Source: Lama guanicoe
Taxonomy: Eukaryota
Length of the DNA: 40,500 nucleotides
Reading direction: 5' to 3'
NCBI GenBank assembly: GCA_013239625.1
Contig: MU053557.1
Location: 5,052,123-5,092,622, forward strand
Both the position numbers and the translations under genes were made by a program. This document shows, in pieces, positions 24,055 through 37,094 of this stretch. Within the stretch, counting starts at the first letter, position 1; each line of letters begins with the position of its first letter. The notes below the pieces were generated by a model. The model was not told the origin of the DNA. It saw nothing but the letters and a program-made list of their open reading frames with translations, and did no database searches.

Positions 24055-24362
24055 TGTTCCCTTCTCTCTCCCTCCTTCCCTCCTTCCATTCTTCCTTCTC
24101 CACCTTTCTGTTTCCTCCTTCTTTCTCCTCTTTCCTTTCTTCCTCCTTCCCGTATTGCACTATCCTTTTCTGTCCAACCATGTATCTATATCTCTTTCTT
24201 TCCTTCATTCCACCCATCCATCCATCCATCCATCCATCCATCATTCCTTCTTTACTTCGGTCTACTCACCTTTCCTTACCTTCTCCCTTCTGTTACCACC
24301 TCCCTTCATTTCTTCCCACTCTCCCTTCCTTCCTTCCATCAATCCACTCATCCACTCATTTT
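24055..24362 (+). repeat. Polypyrimidine low-complexity tract with (CCAT)n and (CCTT)n
   Basis: About 300 nt of CT-rich sequence; ccatccat repeat 24213-24242. Confidence 0.9.
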
Positions 24363-24949
24363 TAGCTTCTTTAGCACCAGACAGGCCTCAAACTACCTAA
24401 AGTGGCTGAGCTCAAAGCAAGTGTAGTAGGGAAAAATCTCACAATGAGGAGTTGCAGTAAAGAACTCTTTTCCTTAATCCTCTTTTCCTCCCTGGAATCT
24501 CGTGTGAGCAATGGTGCTCACACATGTTTACGAAGTGAGCCAGGCATAGTGCCAGACTTTGGGAGCAAAGAAGACCTGGTCACTACTCTCAGGGACAGAA
24601 AATAACATCACAGCCTAAAAGGACAGCAATATGGTGGCCTATAAGGCTGAGGAGGAGGAACTTCTCAGTTGGAGGCAGTTGGAGAGAGTTTCCTGGGGAA
24701 GTAGATGGCCTGGTTGGGCCTTGAAAGATGAGCATTTGTTGTGAGAATCAAAGAAGATGGCAGCATGTAAGATGGTTTGTAAAATGTTAAACTGTCACCT
24801 AAAGAGAGTGATGTTTATTATTAAGCCGTCAGAATATTTAACAACTGGCCTGCCTTAGAAAAAGTATTTTCTAAAGATACTGGCAGATTCCTATGCATCT
24901 TCTAAGACTCCAAGACAAGTTTGCTAGGATTGGAATTGGACGCTCACAG

Positions 24950-25145
24950 AGCAGTGAGGCGAGGTAGAGGAGTACTTCAGGGCTTGGGCTTTGGAATCAG
25001 ACCTACTTGGGTCCGAGCCCTGGCTGTCACTTGCTGTCCATGGCCCATCTGTGGAATGGGGATGAGAACATAAGAAGATTAAATGTCACATATGTGACGG
25101 GGCTGTGGCTCACAGTGAGTGTTCTGTAAATCTCAGCTATTGCTC
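24950..25145 (+). mobile_element. MIR SINE
   Basis: gggctttggaatcagacctacttgggtccgagccctggc..catctgtggaatggggatga..gattaaatg. Confidence 0.75.
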
Positions 25146-26481
25146 TTCAAGGGGAATAGACTCAAAGTCATCGGCTCAGGCTGTTGTGAATGTTTTCATG
25201 TTCAGGTTTTTCTCCTGAATCTGCCACCAAATAATCAAATACATAACCCTGGGGAAATTACTTGGTTTCTCTTGGCCCTTCCCTTCCTTTTCAGTAAAGT
25301 CTCTTTAGATTATTGTGACAAAGGCAAGATCTGTCAAGGGAAAGATCTTTGAAAATTGCAAAATGCAAGCCTTAGCCACAAAGATGTTCACCTGGGCACT
25401 GTTTACCATGGGGAAGTGGAGAATTAGAAATAACCTAGAGGTCCAAAAAGAGTTGACAGTTGAAATAAATTATGAGACTTCCTTCAATAGGAATGTAAAC
25501 AGTGAAGAATATAGATTCCATGAGAACCAAGATGTTTTTCCTCTTGTTGAATGAAGAATCTCTCAGCACCCAAAACAATGTCCATCATATAAAGGTGTTT
25601 GGTGTTTGTCACAGGAATGAATGAACGAACGCTATAAAATTAATTTCCAAGGGGCATCCTTGAGGAATGCCATCAGACTGTTGCTTTGCTGCATGATGTC
25701 TACAAGTGGACTAGAAGGGCTAGTGGTGGCTTTTGAGAGGCTGTTTTGGGGGAGCAGGCAAGTTGGACTACAGAGAATGAAGCTGTCAGGTGGAGTGTTT
25801 AGGGGAGTTTGTTGGATGGTGAGCAGTACAACTCTCTCCTCCCTGGCCCACAGAGTCTTCAGTAAAATGTAAAGTACAGGCCAGTTCTTTTGGGATCAGA
25901 TGTGTTTTTAAAGAGTGAAATGAAACTCAGGGACTGGTGTCTATCAGAGAAATACCCATGAATATCCAGTCATATCTGAGGTTCTTAACGTAGAAGAAAA
26001 TGTGATGATGTGTAAAGATGTTCACTGTCTATTGTTAAAGAAAATAATTGTGTGGAGGAGGGAATGTGCAATTGCAATCCCATTTTGATTAAAATAGAAA
26101 AAACATCTGTTCATGTCGGAATGGTGAGATTAAGGAATATATTTTTCCTTTTTGATTATTCATGCTTTATATTTTCTTTAATGATCATGTACCACTTGTG
26201 AAATTGGAAATACTGTGAAATGTGTGATGAGCTTAAGCTGTCCTTACTGTGTTTGTTTGGGAAAGCAATTGAGCTAGAAGTGAAGTGACATTGTCAAGGT
26301 CAAGCCAAGACTGAGTGACTGAGTGCCCCACTGACTCACAGCCAGTTCAGTGACCTTTCCGTTTGGCTGGAAGGCTGTGCCTCCCCGGTAGTGTTCTGAG
26401 GGCTTTGGACACACAGCATCTCAAAGATCTGAAAGTCCAGTCCATTCCCTCTTCTGCTTATTCCCTTTTGCTGGATTCCAG

Positions 26482-26578
26482 GGAACGGTTATGGTCCAGG
26501 AGAGTGTCAGTGGCTGTAAGTGCATTCTTTCTTCTCCCATTTCAGAGGACACTCACCAGGCTTTCTTTTGCACGTCAG
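26482..26578 (+). other. Two tandem candidate micro-exons (26482-26515 and 26546-26578)
   Basis: ttcccttttgctggattccag|..GCT|gtaagt, then ctttcttctcccatttcag|..CAG|gtcagt, separated by only 30 nt. Confidence 0.25.
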
Positions 26579-26999
26579 GTCAGTAACATGACCCTCGAGC
26601 TCCTCTGGGCAGAGAATCATGTCAGCAGGATGGGCTGTGAAGCCTCCTGCAGATTGAGCGAGTTATAATCTGTGACTCATATCCACAGATAACAGTTTTC
26701 TGTAAAGGTGTCTGTGGAGTGAGAGGGACACAGAGAGACAGAGATAGAGGGGCGGCCAGGAAACATACCTAGAAGTGTAAACAACAGCCCTGGAACAGAA
26801 GGGGTCCTTTGAAATCATCTGTATCATCGCTAGATGATCCGGAAACTGAGGCTCAGGTTTTCCCACAGTGAGTGTCTGAATCCAGGTAGTTTTTGCTTCC
26901 CAAACATCTCTCCATTCTATCCTTTCTGCTCCTCCTCCCCACTCCAATCTGTAGGGTACCACACCTCCCTAGATGATCTTCCTTCAACCCAGAGCTATG

Positions 27000-27260
27000 T
27001 CACAAAGGGCCCTGGGGACCATGTTGAGGAATTTGGACTTGAATCTGGAGCAATAAGACACCATGGAAGAATTTTTACAGTCAGATCTGGATTTCAGGTG
27101 GTGGCTGAAACCCTCTCAATGTGGTGTACAGAATGGACCCAAGGAAGTTAGAGTGGGCTCAGGGAGACACAGGAGGAGGCTGTTGTAACTGCCCAGGGTG
27201 AGAGGCGATGACAGCCTGGATGAAGGCTGTCGCGGTAGAGATGGAGAAAGGTGGGTGGTC
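27000..27260 (-). mobile_element. L2 fragment
   Basis: gaccatgttgaggaatttggacttgaatctg..ggaggctgttgtaactgcccagg..gtagagatggagaaaggtgg. Confidence 0.7.
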
Positions 27261-27734
27261 TCTCTGACTCCTTCAAGCCCTCACTGATCTCCTCCTTTGG
27301 TGCTTGTAGTCAACATCACCCCGTGTAATACCAGGTAACGGGCTTCTATTTGTTAGGATACTTTTAGGTATGACTGCATAGAAACCCCAGAAACCCGACT
27401 CACACTAGTTCAAGCGCAACTCTGTTGAGCAGTGTCAGGCACATGTTAGATGTTCAGTAAGAGATGAGTGAACGAATGAATGGCTCTTGACTTTTAGACC
27501 ATTGTTCTTTCTACTACACATTAGGCAATACTGACTTAAGCCTAAATTCCATCACCCTAACTACTCTAAAGGCATCTCTTCTGGGCTTGCACCCAACTCA
27601 GGAATCCCTTCTCCAACATGCCTGACAGATATCCATTTGGCTGGTCTTTGGAATTCTGTGGGGACAGGATACTCACTACTTCGAAAAGCAATCCATATTT
27701 AAAAACAAACACACAAATTGATATGTATTTTAAA

Positions 27735-28512
27735 AATCAGCTTTATTGAAGTATAATTTACATACAATGAAATGCACCCATTTAAGTGTAACAATCAGTT
27801 TGACAAATATATACTGTTATATAACCACCACCACACTACAGTTTAGAACATTTCCATCAGGCGCAAAAGTTTGCTTGTCCTCTTTTATAGTCAGTTGGCT
27901 CTTCCCACCTCTGATCTTTACTTCCTGTCACTATGATTTTGCCTTTTCTAGAATCCCATTTAAATAGAATTATACACTATTCAGTCTTGAGTCTGGCCTA
28001 TTTCACTTAGCATCATGTATTTGAGAGTCATCTATGTTGTTGTGTATGTTGGGGATTTGTTCCTTTTTATTGCTGAACAGTATTCCATTCAGTGTCTACC
28101 GCCACAATTTATTTGTTCATTCAGTTTGTTTATTCAGCCAGTCATTTGGATTTTTTCCAGTTTTTTTTTTGTTACTGTTAACAACACTATTATGAAAATT
28201 CACATATACATCCTTGTGTGAACATTTTTTAAAAGAATATCATTTGTATAAATACGTAGAATGAGGTATCCGGGTCATATGGAAGGTATGTTTAACTTTT
28301 TTAAAAACTGGCAAACTATTTTCCAAAGATGTATCATTTTGTATTTGTATCGTTTTACATTCCTGTCAGTATTGTATGAGCGTTCCAGTTGCTCCACAAT
28401 GTCCCAAATACTTTGTATGGTCAGTTTTTTAAATTAATTAATTAATTCTTATTGAAATACTGAGTTTTTAACATTTTATTCACCCTAGGGAAGGAGTGTG
28501 GTATTGCACTGT
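27735..28512 (-). mobile_element. Old L1MB/MC-type 3' end, abruptly truncated at 28512
   Basis: cagctttattgaagtataatttacatacaat.., tttcacttagcatcatg, gggtcatatggaaggtatgtttaac, gtgtggtattgcactgtg. Confidence 0.88.
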
Positions 28513-29107
<595 letters not shown>

Positions 29108-29127
<20 letters not shown>

Positions 29128-29238
29128 TGGAAGTTCCCCCCAGCCCAGCATACAGGGAAGACTACTCCCCCCACGAGGCGTGATGGCGGGGTGGAGGTAT
29201 TGAGGAGGGGTAGGGCAGGGGGCTGGGGGGAACTTCCA
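29108..29238. repeat. 16-bp perfect palindrome plus 19-bp perfect inverted repeat with a G4 motif
   Basis: tgttagtgcactaaca 29108-29123; tggaagttccccccagccc 29128-29146 / gggctggggggaacttcca 29220-29238; ggggtagggcagggggctgggggg 29207-29230. Confidence 0.9.
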
Positions 29239-30039
29239 TCCTGCCGCTGAATTCTGTCATCATAGAGATGCAGGCATGTTGTCATTCATATATCACATTA
29301 AAAATACACTTTGAATATTATGTATCATGTACATCACATATATATTATATACACATTTAGGATATATATCTACTCATCAAAGAATTGCTAAGTGATTAGA
29401 AAATATCAAAACAGATCGATTTACACTAATTGTATATGTTATACAACTTGATGTTAATATCTCATAAAGGTGTCTTTCATTTAAGAGATGTATGTTTATC
29501 GAGTATTTGGTTCTTCCACATGGATTACCTCACTGGGTCCACATAATCAACAAGAGGGGTTAAGATTGCCATTGACTTGAAACTGAGAGTCAGAGAGCTA
29601 GAAAACTGGCCCAAAGTCACTCAAAAATAGAGCCAGTCTTTGAAGCTGAATCTTGGGACTTTAACTCCAAATACTGCTTAGAATCGTATCTGAGTACCAT
29701 TGGCATATTTTTAGCACAATTTTAGGATTAACGTCTGAACTATAATCAGTTAAAATTAAGGTCCAAGGGATTATGGTTTGGGTTATTTTTCAAAATTTTC
29801 CGAATATCTATCCAAATCCCTCATTTAGCCTGTGAGGCCACCAAGGTCCAGAAGGAACGACCACATAGTGAGTAAGCACCCAAGTGCAAGTCTCCTAACT
29901 CCATACTGTTGTTTTGTGAGAGAGCTGTCCCTCAGTGTTCACAGACTTGCTTGATCAGGCTCTGATTATCTGTTTAGTCCACAAACATTTGAAGCAGTCT
30001 GCACTGCTGTGGACAAAGCAGTGAGCGATAATGGGAAGG

Positions 30040-30210
30040 CAGGCCCAAGACCTGAATTCAAATCTCAGTTTGGCCACTTCCAAGCTGAATGACTCTGGCA
30101 AATAACAGAACCTCTCTGAGCCTCAGTTTCCTCATCTGGGAGATAGGGATAATAGCACCACTGACATCACAGTTACTGGGAGGCATCAAGGAACAAGCGC
30201 ATGGAAAGCC
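30040..30210 (+). mobile_element. MIR SINE
   Basis: agacctgaattcaaatctcag..aacctctctgagcctcagtttcctcatctgggagatagggataatagcacc. Confidence 0.88.
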
Positions 30211-30412
30211 CTCCCTTTGAGCTCTGGATTTTGCTATTTATTGAGTAAATGAAGGGACACAAGCACTTAGCTCCTTGCTGGGCTATAACAGCACTAGATC
30301 AATTACATGAAGACTAGTTTTTCTATTTAATAATTGCCCTAAAATTGTTTTTATGAAGATTGAATTAAAGGAAAATCGAGTAGAGAACATTTTCACTAAA
30401 ACCAAAACTCAA

Positions 30413-30575
30413 ACAGGGAACTATATTCAATATCTTATAGTAACCTGTAATGAAAAAGAATATAAAAAGGAATATATGTATGTATATGAATGACTGAAAC
30501 ATTATGCTGTACACCAGAAATTGACACAGCATTGTGAACTGACTATACTTCAATAATATTTAGAAATTTTTTAAA
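30413..30575 (+). mobile_element. Camelid-type L1 3' terminal fragment
   Basis: acagggaactatattcaatatctt..tgctgtacaccagaaattgacacagcattgtgaactgactatacttcaata. Confidence 0.9.
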
Positions 30576-30908
30576 AACCCTCAAATACACAGTTTTCAGT
30601 TCTTCACGTTTTCTTCAAAACTTAATCCCCATTTGGAAATTGCATTAAAATGATGTATTATTAAGAAGCTGATAACAACACTAAAGAAATCCTAAAGATA
30701 CATTAAAATATAAAATCCACCATCCAAATACACTACCAGTTTCATTTCTCCACATTGCCTTCCAACTTTTAGTCAGAAATTTTTACTTCATTGGAATCAG
30801 AATGATTGTCTTTGTGTCACTCTTTTCCTTTTCTTTTTTTTTTAACATTTTATTTAATTTTTACTTCAAATTATTTGATAAAATTGTTCAGGAACTTTAT
30901 GCTTATGA

Positions 30909-31006
30909 TTTTTTTTCTTTTTCTTTTTTTTAAATGGAGGTATTGGGACTTGAACCCAGGACCTCATACATGCATGCCCTCTATCACTGAGCTATACCCA
31001 CTCCCC
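30909..31006 (-). mobile_element. Camelid tRNA-derived SINE (short form) with TSD
   Basis: T-rich tail, aatggaggtattgggacttgaacccaggacctc..ctctatcactgagctataccc; TSD tatgctt(a/g)tg 30898-30907 / 31007-31016. Confidence 0.88.
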
Positions 31007-31265
31007 TATGCTTGTGGTTTCTAGTGGTTCCATGCTGTTCTACCCAGCAGAATCCTTCCAATAACTTACAGAAACTCAACCGCTGTAGGAAATTATACTA
31101 TACCATCATATAATATCTTATTATATTCTAAAAAAATCACTAAATGTTTACTATGTAATATTGGAGCATTACCACAATCCTGTAAGTATTCAAATTATCC
31201 CATTTTATAGATGAGGAAATAGAGGCTCAGATTTATTTTAATCATTTGCCAAAACTCATACAGCT

Positions 31266-31760
31266 TGTGTTTCAGTTCTCTATGGCTGTATAACAAATTG
31301 CTCCCAAATGTAGTGGCTTAAGACAACAAGAGCCATTTATTTTTTCATGGTTCTGCAATGCGATCAGGGCTTGGTGGAGCTAGGTCATCTCTGCTCTACC
31401 TGGTACTGACTGAGGCAGCTTCACTGGGCTGAAGGATCCAAGATAGATTAATTCAGATGCCTGGAGCCTCAGCAGGGAAGGCTGAAATGGCTGGGAGCCA
31501 GCTGGTTTCTCTCTTTGTGATCTCTCAACTTCCAGTGCCTCTTCCTGGCTACGTGGTCTGTCTAGCACATTAGCTATACTTCCTTACACAGTGGCCGGCT
31601 TCTTGGAGAGCGAAAGCAGAAGCTCCTGTGCATCCCAAGGCCTAAGCCTGGAACTGGAATAGCATCCACTCTGCTGCATTCCCATCGACAAAGCAAATCA
31701 CAAGGCCCGTCCAGAATCAAGGGGAGGAACTAGACCCCATCCTTGATGCTGGGGGAACAG
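31266..31760 (-). mobile_element. ERVL-MaLR solo LTR (MLT1-type) inserted in a MIR (31135-31265, resuming ~31761)
   Basis: tgtgtttcagttctctatggctgtataacaaattgctcccaaatgtagtggcttaagacaacaa..aaagcaaatcacaaggccc..gaatcaaggggagg. Confidence 0.85.
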
Positions 31761-32128
31761 CATGCATGGGGGTGGGTGGGACTATTGGTCACCATCTTGG
31801 TAGTTGACAGAACAGGGCCTCAAACACAGGCCTGCCTGATCCTCAGGCTCCAAACCCAGCCTCCCTACCTTCATTCCACCTCAATGAATATTTTTTTCCT
31901 GGCTAGTCTTTTCTCTTCCTTTCACCAACTTTTAGGGTGAATTCCCAGGAACAGGGAGTCCTGATCAAAGAGCAGGCACATTGCTTGGTTCTATGCTGAG
32001 ACAAATTGGTGTCTGCAGAGCAAAGGGATCTCATGAGCTCCTCCTTAAGTATATTGCTTAAGTCTCCTCTTCACAAAGGAGATCCAGGTTTAATTTTGTT
32101 CATTCTATTGTTGCACCTACTTCAACAG

Positions 32129-32226
32129 AAGAAATCTTGCCTCCCGCTGTGAGGAGCCTCCTCAGGACTTCTGCGTGACCATAAAGTCAGCAGAGTCGTG
32201 TAATCAGCTGCTCCTGAGCTATGCTG
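32129..32226 (+). other. Candidate exon of an unidentified transcript
   Basis: Acceptor ttgcacctacttcaacag| and donor CTG|gttagt; 98 nt, one frame open (RNLASRCEEPPQDFCVTIKSAESCNQLLLSYA). Confidence 0.22.
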
Positions 32227-32579
32227 GTTAGTGTTCCCCGTGGGGCAGAGGCATATGGGGAAAGTAATTTGCTTGACTTTTCACAGAACCTGGGACTGAG
32301 CAGAAAGACCATGGCTTACACTTGCCAGTGTTTAGCTCCCCCTTCTAAAGTGTGACCCGGCATCTTTGTTTTGCTGTCTCGGTTTACTCCTGTTGTCTCA
32401 CGTCCTGTCCAGTTTAGTGTGTGCCAGGATAAAAACCTCCCAAGCTGAACAATAACTTATATGCTTACCCTGCCTGCCACAGAATCTTGAGTAAGTCATT
32501 TCTCCTCCCTGCGCCTCAACTTCCTCATCTTTTCAATAGGCCTGGCTGCCAATTTCACAGAGTTGTGGGTCACTCTTCA

Positions 32580-32885
32580 TTTAATAGCATCCTTCCATGT
32601 GGTAGGAACTGTGCCAGATTCTGGGGGACACTGTGGGTAACACAGCACTTCATGCTCGCCTGCCTTGCTTGTCTAACAAGTCAATGAGCAAGATGATTTC
32701 AGAGATTTAGTTTAGATCAGATAGTCAGGGAAGGCCTCCCTGAGAAGGTGAGATTTGGGCTAAGCCATGACGAATGAGAGCAAACCACAAGGGGAGGTGA
32801 GGGAAGTGCATTCCTGGTCAAGGGAACAGTGAGTGCAAAGGCTCTGAGGCAGGAGTTATCTCAGTACAAGGAATGGAACAGAGCT
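32580..32885 (-). mobile_element. L2 fragment
   Basis: gtcagggaaggcctccctgagaaggtgagatttg..agggaacagtgagtgcaaaggctctgaggcagg. Confidence 0.8.
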
Positions 32886-33234
32886 CATGAATAGGGCCAT
32901 GCTCTATAAACTGTGAAGAGTCCCAATATTAAGTGTTCTACTACAGGGTTTTAAAATGCTGTCACATCCTCTGTCTTAAATGGTCCTCAGAATAATTCTA
33001 AAAGGGTTGGAGAGTGACATATAGAAATATTATTAATCCTGGTTTATGGAATAAAATATTCTTAAGAGTTGTTGCCCTAAAAAAAAATGGTCCCACTACA
33101 GTTTTATGCTTAATTTCTTGTATCACCATTATCTTTCATTATTTTTGATGATGGGAATCTTTTGGGAACCAGAGACATGTTTATATATCTCTTTCCATTA
33201 CGGTATTTAATTCTGTGGTTAAGTTCTCATGTGT

Positions 33235-34000
33235 CCTGCTTTTGTGTCTACATTCATAAGAGATAATAGTCTGTAATTTTCTTTTCTTGTCATGTCCTTG
33301 TTTGGTTTTGGTATCAGAGTAACAATACCCTATTAGAATGATCTGAGATGTATTCTTTCCTCTTTTATTTTTAGGAAGAGTTTGTGAAGAAGTGGTGTGG
33401 ATTCTTCTTTAAATATTTGGCAGAATTCACCAGTGAAACCATCTCAGCCTCGGCTTTTCTTTATGGGTGATTTTTTTTTTTTTTTACTAATCCAACCTCT
33501 TTACTTGTTTCAGGTCTATTCAGATGTTCTATTTCGTATTGAATTAATTTTAATCATTTGTATCTTTCCAGGAATTTGACCTGAATTTCACCTAAATTAT
33601 CTTATTTATCAGCATAGAGTTGTTAGTATATATAGTTAGTGTGTATATAGTATTCTCTTATAATCTTTTTTATCTCTATAGGCTTGGCAGTAAGATCCCC
33701 TCTTTCGTTTCTGATTTGGGTAATTTGAATCTTCTCCCGTTTTCTCTTGGTCAACCTAACTAAAGCTATGTCAATTATGTTGATCTTTTCAAAGAACCAG
33801 TTGCTGGTTTTGTTAATTTTCTCAATTTTTTTTTCATGTTATTAATTTTGGCCCTGACCTTTATTATTTCTTTTCTTCTGCTTGCTTTAGACTTAGTTCA
33901 TTTCTTTTCTAGTACCTTAAGGTGGAGAATTAGATTATGATTTGAGAGCTCCCTTTTTAATACAGGCATTCAGCACTGCAAAAGTCCCTGTCAAGAGTAC
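33235..34000 (-). mobile_element. Old L1M ORF2 fragment
   Basis: tggttttggtatcagagtaa, tggcagaattcaccagtgaaaccatct, ttgatcttttcaaagaaccag. Confidence 0.88.
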
Positions 34001-34274
34001 TTAACTTCAGGAGTTCGGGGTTCCATTGCACCCTCCCCACTCACCCTGAAGAGACTGAAGTCAAATAAGCAGGTCTAGAGTTGGGGAGCCTTCACTGGGT
34101 CCTGATACCACCACTTGCTAGGTGGCCTTGGCTAAGTCCTTACCCCTTTGGGGCCTTAGTTGTTTCTTCTGTGTAGAATGAAGGGGCTGGACCAGAGCAG
34201 CTCCAGGGGCCTTCTAATCTAACTGACATGGAGGCAGGCTCACATCCGACTCATCTCTGCATCCCAGCTGACAT

Positions 34275-35247
34275 CAGTTGTTTCTGCCTGCTCAGCACCT
34301 TTTCCTCTCCCTCCAGCAAAAGCACCTGATTTCCCTTTGGGAAGATACCCTTCCCCTATGTTATGTCGAGACCTTTTCTGTGCATATGTGTGGACCCCTT
34401 GGCAGCCTGTAGAAGCCTATGGACCCCTCCTCAGATTGATGTTTTTAAATGTTTAATATCAACCCCAAATGATTTAAAAGAAGCCAATTATATTGAAATA
34501 GTTATCAAATGGTTAGAAAAATAAAATTTTGGTATAGTAATACTTTTATTTCTTTATTAACACATGAAATAACAAGATCTAGGTGGTCTAATAGCTGCCA
34601 TAATTTCAAGATAGTGACGAGCATAAATGACACTTTGAGATCTGTGACAACTGTGATGTGATATGAAGTATCTGTGATTCTATTGGTAACAAGATTATAG
34701 GTACTTTTTAATACTTCTGTGATTTGTTGGCTACATTCATGATAGAAGGGAATGCTAAATTTCAGTTAGAAGTTAGTAAGAAGAGATATAATTCTTTCCC
34801 ATTCAAATTAATGGTCTCTTGTTAAGAAACCTTGGTTTGGGGAAGTTTATATGAAACAGTCTGACTCCTGGATTCAGAGGTAGGCATGCAACACAGTACT
34901 GACCAATCAGGGCAGGGATTGGCTTAATGATAGGCATTTGAGCCAAACTGATATAATCAGAGTGAATCCTAGTCTTTTGCTGGACAACTGGGACAGTTCC
35001 TTTGCTGGACTTGCTAAGAGGACTAGGCTTAGGCCTGGAGCATACCACCTTGTCCTCACTGGGAGAGAACCTGTCTCAGAATGAAGCCCATACAGAGGAA
35101 AACAGAGCTGAGAAACAAACTTCCACATCTTCATGGCGACATTCCTCCTTTAAATGTTTTAATTACGGAAGCCAATACATTATCTGTTAAAATCAGTTTA
35201 AGTAGGCATTTTTGTTAATTGCAACCAAAGCAGTCATAACTAATACT
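34275..35247 (+). mobile_element. ERVL-MaLR LTR (late MLT1-type) interrupted by a Charlie element
   Basis: gttgtttctgcctgctcagcacc..tgaccaatcag..gagagaacctgtctcagaatgaagcc..gccaatacatt..ttgcaaccaaagcagtcataactaatac. Confidence 0.7.
34366..34832 (+). mobile_element. Charlie4a-like hAT DNA transposon
   Basis: tggaccccttggcagcc..gaagcctatggacccc, aacaagatctag, gaagggaatgctaaatttcagttaga, gttaagaaacc terminal. Confidence 0.85.
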
Positions 35248-35559
35248 GTGCAGTCCCACAAAGCTCACCAGCATGCCTGGCACAGAGTAGATTGTTCATG
35301 AAGAAATGAGGAATGAATTTCAAACAACGTAGCAACGTGATTGGTATTATTTCCAAAACACATATATGCAGATCTGGCTTGATTGTGTATTCAGAGATAA
35401 AGGGTATCTTCAAAGTAAACATTCCTTGGGCTTTTGTTGGTTGAATGAATAAAGGAATGTGTCCATTGTCCATAGTCTTTAGTGATATAACCAGGACCAT
35501 ATAACCACCTAGTGAACATAGGTCTAGAAACATGATGGCCCGACAGTTACAAATGAAGT

Positions 35560-35945
35560 CCGTGGCACACTCCCCCTGGGGAACGCCGTGCAGCAATTTG
35601 AAGGAATAGGCAGACCTATTTGTACTGATATGGGAAGAACTTCAAGACACATTAAGAAGGAAATTACAAAACAGTAATTATAGTAAGATCCCATTTTTGT
35701 TTAAAAGTCTCAAACAAAGCATTGAGGGTTTCTGGGTTTTTATAATGAGTATATAAATCAAAGGAAAAAGTCCGGAAGACCATTCATGAGACACTAACAG
35801 TAGACACCTGTGAGGAGGGATTGGCGTTGGGTGGGGGTGGTCACAGGGCCTTGTTCTTTCTCTGTATTTGTATTTTTTATACAAGAATAAAACAATTGTG
35901 TGTCACTTGTGTAATTTAAAATAATTTATAATAAAAAATAAAATA
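35560..35945 (+). mobile_element. Degraded L1ME-type 3' end
   Basis: ctatttgtactgatatgggaagaacttcaagacacattaag..tatagtaagatcccatttttgt..cacttgtgtaatttaaaata. Confidence 0.65.
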
Positions 35946-36161
35946 ACTCTGGCAGAAGGCAAGGCAGAATACACCCTTTCAATCTGTTTTTCTTCTTCTG
36001 AGGTGTCTGTCAGTATTTTGTGAAGTTGAAGACAGCAGGCCTGCAGCCACGACGCTGCGCCCATGATGCTGTGCTGTGCCCTCCGTACCTGCCATGCCTG
36101 TGAGGCCACAACCTGTCCCTGAGACTCTGCAGCTCTGGCTGATCCAGGAGCCAAGGAGATT

Positions 36162-36177
36162 CCACCCCATATAAAAG
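36162..36177 (+). promoter_or_regulatory. Candidate CACCC box plus consensus TATA box
   Basis: ccacccc immediately before TATAAAAG (36170-36177) in a non-repetitive island with a small CpG cluster (36049-36060). Confidence 0.2.
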
Positions 36178-37094
36178 CCTCCTGGGGTGGCCTACTGACC
36201 TGGATTCTCCTCTCAGTATCCTGACTCCAACCGCCTCTGCTGCCAAACTACACACAGTCCAGATGATTTCTTCTGCAAATGGGAGAGGGAATCAGAGCAT
36301 CTCACAGTCAGGACCGAGGCTCTGCAGTGGGGAGACACCCATCCCAGGCATGTTTGGGATGGCTGGTCCAGTCCAAGCCCATTGTTGTGCAGGCTGGGAA
36401 TCTGAGTCTCAGAATGGAGAAGAGATGTGTCCAAATGTGAATTCAGTGCCAGAGTGGGATGCCAACCTGACTTTCAGCTCAGAGCTCATTTTCGGGAGGG
36501 TTCCCAGAAGTTCCATCATAGCTACTCCTTTCTGTTGAGATCTTGTGTCTTTAAAGTGGACCTGTTACAGTGCATATTTGTTACTTAAATAACATGGTTA
36601 CTACCCAGCAACATAGTTTATCAGAGGAGCTAGTGTTTAGTATAGAAAGCAGACAGCAAGTTACATTTTATTGTAACAATACAAATGAAAATATTAAAAG
36701 AAATTATTTCTGCCATCCTAATCAGGTTTCATTTATTCACATTCCTTACGTCACTGTAACATACGTACTTTACAAGTACCTTTATGCATATAACTACAAT
36801 CATTTTATAAATATTTTTATAATCCTGTTTCACTTAATGTTATACACGTTTCCTGTGCGTTTTCCATCTAGCTTTCTACCTTCTGCAGAGTATTTCGTCA
36901 AGTAAATTCATTATTTATATATCTACACCTTCATTGTTTTTATAATATAAAATATTTCAAACATACAGAGAAGCACAAGGAACTATATGCTACATAGATT
37001 TAACAAATATTGATACTTTTAAAGTATTTTTGAGATTAAAAACAATTCATAGATACAGGTGGAGTTCTCTTCTGTACAGTGTGCTCTAATCCTG

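Noticed and set aside
23912..24400. 162-aa hydrophobic ORF (longest in the window)
   Set aside because: Artifact of the stop-poor polypyrimidine tract
25650..25737. Protein-like frame GILEECHQTVALLHDVYKWTRR
   Set aside because: Weak acceptor, no good donor, no recognised homolog
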